Below are positions 1-64,000 of a stretch of 64,000 nucleotides of DNA, in pieces. Source of the DNA: Tubiluchus corallicola (taxonomy: Eukaryota > Animalia > Priapulida); assembly GCA_030141605.1 (NCBI GenBank), contig JAQGDQ010000432.1, forward strand, positions 1-64,000, given 5' to 3'. The translations under genes and the position numbers were made by a program. How positions within the stretch are numbered: position 1 is the stretch's first letter; every line of letters starts with the position of its first letter. The notes under the pieces are model-generated. The model was not told where the DNA came from. It ran no database searches and was given only the letters and a program-made list of their open reading frames with translations.

Positions 1-224
1 CCAGTTTGCCATTTTCAGCTCAGAGGGTTATGTTTGATTATGAAAAAGAAAAGCGCTAATTCTTATTTATCATACCTATCAGCCTGTTGTACCCACTGTC
101 AAATGTTGAATGTTGGCATGCAGTTTGTGAAACTATGTAGAAAAGAAGTTGTCGCTTTTTAAAAGTTTGATTGATATTACAGTCACTATACCGCTTTAGT
201 GCTGTATGGAAGAGGGAGACTTAA

Positions 225-900
225 AAGACAAGAAAAGGGGTACCTAAGTAGGTTTAAGAAAATTCGCCTTAAAAATTTATACTTATACTTTACAGCAATT
301 TTATACATATATCGCACTCGCATGGAAAGGATTTTTTGTTTGTTTTCATTTTAAATCATCCGAAATACTGTTTTGACCATGTCATTACATGATGTCATAT
401 ATGCACAACGTAAATCAGGGGAAGAAAAGAAAATGTTAAATTATGTCCCAAAAAACTTTCCATGCAAAGTTATATTACTTAGCTTTTCTCTGACCTGCTT
501 AAAAGACTTACGAAACTAAAAAAGTAATTTATTAGTTATTTAAAATGTTTTCACGAATTGATAAAATGTCATTGAATTACCTTCAGGGTGCACCACTCAT
601 TAACCAAAAAATGTATTTTTAATCTTATTGATAAGATACAGTAATTTAAAATTTTACTTAGTGACATGTGCACTACGAATCCTCTGATTATTTTTTCAAA
701 CTTTTTACTCTAAACTTGTTTCAAATGACTTAACATCAAAATGATTGCCTTTAACGGTCATTGCGGGATTTTAAATCTAGATGTTTCATACAGCATTACT
801 GCTGACGCAAGTCCTATGTGCAAAAAGTCAGTATGTAAGTGTTATAAATTTCGAATTTTTTAAGCTTTATGTAAGTGGAGGTTCTTTTGTGCTTTAAGTT
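225..900. mobile_element. Dispersed repeat (probable non-autonomous DNA transposon); inverted copy at about 43780-44435
   Basis: Several collinear blocks recur as reverse complements near 43780-44435: CAGGGTGCACCACTCA..AATCTTATTG, AATTATGTCCCAAAAAA..CATGCAAA, CAGCATTACTGCTGACGCAAG, AAGCTTTATGTAAGTGG. Boundaries are approximate. Confidence 0.7.
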
Positions 901-1001
901 ACATTATGAACTGGTTCTAGCTTGCAATATTATTGTTATAAATAGTAGTAATTAGGTTATACATGTGTGTCTATTTAACCACTGCAAGGCTTTGTTTTTA
1001 G

Positions 1002-2732
1002 GGTTGGAAGACAAGGCAATGTTTGACAGAGAAAATGATTATGCGAGTACTATTGGCAGAGCCTCGCGGTTAAGTCACCAGGGAGAGTCTGAAACCATTA
1101 AAAAGCCGATTTTATCCGTTCATAACACGAGTCATGCATCACAATCAGAATCTAAACATCAGATGAAGCGCATGACAAGTAAACAAATATAATTTTTAAA
1201 TTTTTAATAACTTTTGATTTGGAGTTGCTTAATAAAAAAATTTGTTCAATTTAAAATTCCATCATTTCTTTACTTGGAACTATTTATCTCCCCTGTTAAA
1301 TATGGTGTTAAATAGTTACTGTCTCTCTACAGGCATGTCAGTAGTAGTAGTACTAGTAAGTGCTTGTTTTATTTTCATTTTTATTGTTATAATCAGAATT
1401 TCTCAAAGTTTTTTTAACTTCTGTTCATATAAAAATGAAATGAAAATTGAATTTAGGCGCTTTTACAAAATTTCATATGCTTTTTCACCGTTACAGTTTT
1501 TGTTTGTGCACTACCTGCTCTTTTGGAACATTTTTACACAAATTAGAGATGTCTGCAATGTTCCAGCGTAAATGTTTCTGAAAATATGAAAAAACTCAAA
1601 TTTTAACCTGTATTATTAGTAACTAGAATACAAAGCCTTTGCCTTAAAAAACTTGTCCAAGAAAACAACTAGTTTAGCAGATATATTATGCCAATAGTCT
1701 TATCTGCCAATAGTCTGTCCATTTGTATTTTGTTTGATATCTTTTTGTTTACCTGTGCTGTATTTTCGTAGAACATCCTGCAACAATCAACGTGACCATT
1801 CCAAAGAAGAGACTAGATTCAATAAACACTTACAGGGAAAAAATCAACAGCTTCCAGAAACGTTCCTCTCTTTACGGTGGTGGATACGATACAAAATTTG
1901 TTCATATGATAGACAGGTTTGTGTTTTTCTTAGAACTAGATGCATCTTGTTGTTTTTGTTACAAATATATCTAAAGTTTGAAAAGTAACAATTAATTATG
2001 ACTTGTATGATCAGTTTGAACTCCAGCAAGTATGCTGACTCTTTTTGTTGACTCATGTCTCATAATGCAGCTTAAAGTAATGATTCATTTGTTTAAAATT
2101 CTAAGCAGATACATAGACACATTATGAATTTGCAAAAAGATTCCTAGCTCTTGAAATCTGGCGCATGCTCTAACTTAGTTATACTGTGCTAGGACAGGAC
2201 TACAATTTTTTCTTTGATCCTGCCAACAAAAATAGCAGAACTCAGTGGAATTTCTAAGAAGTGTTTTGTTTGGATTTTTTACGCTTACTTGACACAAAGT
2301 ATTCTGCTAACAGCTTGGAACCCGTTTTATTATCAACCCTTTTGCTAAATATCATAGACAAAGATTCTTTGATAATTTCACAATTTTTATTTGACGAACG
2401 TAAAAGGAGTCACTTATGTCCTATCGTGTCATGTACTCTTTTGATGAATAACAAACAGTATGTTTTTGTGAGGCTTTCATTTGACATTAGGCATGGTTAA
2501 CTTCTAATATCTCTTGATTTTATGATACAGTAATTTTGCTGATAGCTGCATTAAAATTCAGTATCCTTTGAAAATGTGATACCAAATTTCATTTTCTAGT
2601 CTGGCGTCAGAAGTCCTCGACGATACTTTAGCAGACGTTGCTAAGAACCTCGACGAAATTTTGGTAGATTGCACGGAGCAAGTATACAACGAAGAGTTCG
2701 TAGAACCAAGTAAAGCTGCAGTTCTAACTTAA
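1002..2732 (+). CDS. KIAA0753: 3' exons of a KIAA0753/Moonraker (OFIP/MNR)-like centrosomal protein; exons 1002-1178, 1772-1916, 2600-2732 (stop), 5' part outside window
   Basis: Three AG/GT-bounded exons join in frame (phases 1,1,2) to ...TINVTIPKKRLDSINTYREKINSFQKRSSLYGGGYDTKFVHMIDSLASEVLDDTLADVAKNLDEILVDCTEQVYNEEFVEPSKAAVLT*. AATAAA at 2741-2746. The C-terminus fits the Moonraker pattern I recall (SI..Y...F...EL.DE.L..VA.EL.D...D..E.V...EF.E). Exon 1002-1178 is less certain. Confidence 0.7.
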
Positions 2733-2845
2733 TGTTGCAGAATAAAGATTGGATGCCATTTAGATGTTTGGTAAAATATCTACATTCCTGAATAAATTTA
2801 GACATTTCCAATTTTGTGTAGCTGATTTCTTCTTTGCTATACTTA

Positions 2846-3382
2846 CCGTATATGCTCGCATATAAGCCGAATTTAGAACTATAAAATACAATACTGAAAT
2901 CAGGGGGTCGGCTTATATGCGCATGAAACAAAATGAACACTTTTTATTTAGCAATACACCATTGTGTGTCACCAGTAACCAAGCTACAGCTAGTGGTGAA
3001 GCCGACGTCATCAGCCAATTGGTAGGCAGCGCGTGGGGAGACGAGGGTCACGTGGCTTATAGAGGAACAGCAAACCAATGAGGCAAACGTGAGCGCGCGG
3101 CCACAGAATTTAAAAGTGTGCTGAATTTTTATAATTTTAGTTGTAAAATTATTTGTGCAATACACCATGCCTGGAGAAAAAAGAAAACGTATGTCCTATA
3201 CTGCTGACTTCAAGCTAAAAGTGATACCCAATTAACAAAATGTGACAAAAAGGGATCAATTTTGTTGATTGGGTATGGAGTAAAATTAGACAAGTTGATG
3301 GTCGGCTTATATACGGGTTTTTGCAAAAACTGGCCATTTTAAAGCAGTTTTAGGGGGTCGGCTTATATGCGAGTATATACGG
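2846..3382 (+). mobile_element. Internally deleted pogo/Tc2-type (Tc1/mariner superfamily) DNA transposon
   Basis: TIRs CCGTATATGCTCGCATATAAGCCGA / TCGGCTTATATGCGAGTATATACGG; TA on the left, CA on the right; internal GTCGGCTTATA subterminal repeats. Transposase N-terminal stub from ATG 3167: MPGEKRKRMSYTADFKLKVI, resembling the pogo/POGK Brinker-like HTH start. Confidence 0.8.
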
Positions 3383-3959
3383 CAACTGCAAAATATAATG
3401 TCTTAAATGATTACTAAGATGTTCAAGTGGCTGAAATTGACGAATGAAAACAGCTTGCTTTCTGTTTGTACGAATCCATTCTTACTAAATTCCACATCTA
3501 GATTTTCATGGACATCCAGAATTGAATGACTGCTTTTTGAAATGACCGCATGTACAAGAGGGGACGGTTTAGTGGCCATGATATGCATGGCACAATGGTG
3601 ATAATACTTATTTCATTTTATTTTATTTTCACAAAGCTGTAAGAACTGCAAGTCAAATTGTTTCAAACGAAATTTTAAAATGATTTGCAAACTTAAAAAT
3701 ATAAAGTCAATAACGACTATCAGGACTTACATCACATTCATTCATATCGTTACATCTATCTACACTTCTACTGTACATTTTTGACATGCATGTTATGAAA
3801 AATTCTGCGTAGTAATATCAAAAATAATCAACTTTTCAACCATAAATTATGATATTACTACATACAAATCTATCTATATTTTCAACGTATATGTTGCCTA
3901 CGTCGAATAATGAGGCCAAATTTAATTCGCGCTTTCTTTTTTTTCTTGATATTTGTAAG

Positions 3960-4061
3960 TGGGATTTGGTTTGTGACAGAAGTTGGATGGGAAGTTTCAG
4001 TATGTCAATGTACAGCGTGGGAGGAATAATTGGAACTACAATCTTTGGTTTGATAGGATAA
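3960..4061 (+). pseudogene. Orphan exon of an SLC22/organic cation transporter (MFS) gene, ending in a stop
   Basis: After an AG: WDLVCDRSWMGSFSMSMYSVGGIIGTTIFGLIG*. WDLVC plus G-x2-G-x4-G-x2-D-R is the typical SLC22 exon-2 sequence. Here the expected D-R and donor are replaced by TAA, and no partner exons were found. Confidence 0.7.
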
Positions 4062-5325
4062 TATTAAATATTTAATATACCACGTTCTGCCTGCCATACT
4101 GCCTTGGACAGTTGTCAAAGGGTGAAGGAAACTGTACTTGCAGCTAAAGGTGACACCTTCACCGGTCCCTTCTCTTACAGGAATATCTTTGGTAGTGGGC
4201 AAGATTCTGGTCCCGTCACAAGCCCCACTGAATTAGGACTTATGTATATATGTATAATGTACGTATTAATGTTACCAACCAGTTTTCCAAACATTGGGTT
4301 AAGTTAGTAACTGTTAGTTTGATAATAAGGAACATCACTGTTATGCATTATTGAACCGCATTAACTAAAAACAAATAATGAAAGACATAGAATACGTAAT
4401 TATCATAATAATTATTATTATTTCTCATGTACAGTATATACAAACTTGATCAACACTGTAGTTAGCATGATACAAATTCTTATTTAAGAACACAAACATG
4501 GACAATTGTCAACACTTTCGGTCATAAGCAATGTCCATTCAGTAAAATTGTATAAAAGAATAAAATGGTTTCCAATGAGAAGAAATGGGCACAAACCTGT
4601 TAATCAAAGGCAGCAATTTGAAAGACATTAACGAAGCAATTTTTAAATTCATGAACATTAAATGATTCATAGGCACACAAACTTAATTATTTTGCTCGAC
4701 ATTCTGCAGAAACTGTAATAAGAAAGTGAAAAAAGAAAGAAAAAACCTTAAGATTCCGCTGACAAGGTCCAGTTAAGTACACATCAGCACCAATAGTGAA
4801 CGGCAACAGTGACAGCACAAAAAAAGTAAAAAAAAATTGTAAATGACCCTGCTTTATGATGAATAAATAATATATTGCACAGGCTAAAAGCCTTAAAAAC
4901 ACGAGTATTAAAATTTGGCAATATAGCAAATTCAAGCTAAACAGATTAGCCAAAAAATACACGGCCGATAAAAGCAGTTCCGTTATTGTCGAAAAAAGGT
5001 TATCAACACAGTGCCCTACGTAAAAACGAAATACCCGTTTAAATATTTGTGAAATAAAAGTGATGCTGAAGGTTTCTTACTGAGTACCACTGGTCTGAAG
5101 CTAAAAGCAACAAAAAATATCTAAAACTACAAATTTTTAAGTAGCACGTGTAAGGCAAGACTATGCATACAACGAAGTGAGATTAAAAAAGTAAAAAAAA
5201 TTTTAACGACACGAAACAAAGCCTATGCGACGAAACGTTTACTATAAAGTACAACCTGACTGCTGCGCACACGCTTCTTCCAATTAAAAAAATTCCTAGC
5301 TTTTGTTGTTACATTTTTGATAAGT

Positions 5326-63318
<57,993 letters not shown>

Positions 63319-64000
63319 CTGCAATGACAAAATAGCTTAATTATGTCGTTTCCTCTTGAATAATATTTGGCTCTTTCTTTTTACACTATATGCCAGAAGG
63401 TACTCAAAGGCAGGGCCTACGGAACAGACTCATTATCAAGGATAGCCTTCTAAGATGAGTCACTGAACCAGTAGGAGTGTCTCAGCCAGATTTGAAAATA
63501 CATACATTCTTCTCTCTGTGAGATAAACAGCCGAGGTTTATGAATGATACTGCCTAGAGCAAGAATCGAACCCACAGTAATGTGCTAGTATTAAAACCAA
63601 ATACATACCGGAACTAACCGAACTCGATTATTTGTTTTAGTTTTAGAATTTAAGTTACAATGTCAAGTACAAGTACGAAAACTAGATGCCTAATTGACCA
63701 TATGAAAACAGACCATTGCAAAATGATAAATAACCACCTGTCAGTGGTCTCTCTGACATATTTTTGGAGCATGATTTTGCTGCTGAGTTTAGAAAAAACT
63801 CACACTGAAAAGAAATTCTAACCCCAGCCTTCACAAACAAAATAATTTGCTTGGGTCGAAAGCAGTACAAAATATTTCTTTGCCAGTTTGTGCTCAAAAC
63901 TCAAATGTAAAATGTTGTAACGCAGAGTTTTTTGTTTAACCATTTATTTATCGATAATAAATTAATGACAAGCAAAAACTCAGGATTTAAACCCAATGAT

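Overview
AT-rich, intron-rich animal genomic DNA, probably from a protostome invertebrate (inferred from a divergent IR-type receptor and a nahoda-like gene). Most of the window is one minus-strand gene. I traced 43 exons by hand from 63318 down to the stop at 5326; all have GT..AG boundaries and join in frame, giving about 3,290 aa with the N-terminus beyond the right edge. It encodes a type-I membrane protein: DOMON (with a large insertion) - DOMON - 23 Kazal domains with Thr/Pro linkers - about 550 aa AEPEP mucin-like repeat - DOMON - SEA - TM - cytoplasmic tail. The DOMON/SEA/TM scaffold resembles insect nahoda-type proteins (recalled, not searched). An intronless, ATD-less ionotropic-receptor (IR/iGluR-like) gene lies antisense in the intron that splits DOMON-2, between two direct copies of a Helitron-like repeat. 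The left end holds the last three exons of a plus-strand KIAA0753/Moonraker-like gene and an orphan SLC22-type pseudo-exon. Introns carry many non-autonomous DNA transposons (hAT, piggyBac-like, Tc1/pogo), tRNA-SINEs, LINE ends and several minisatellites. No prokaryotic features or CRISPR arrays. All family assignments come from motif recognition, not database searches.
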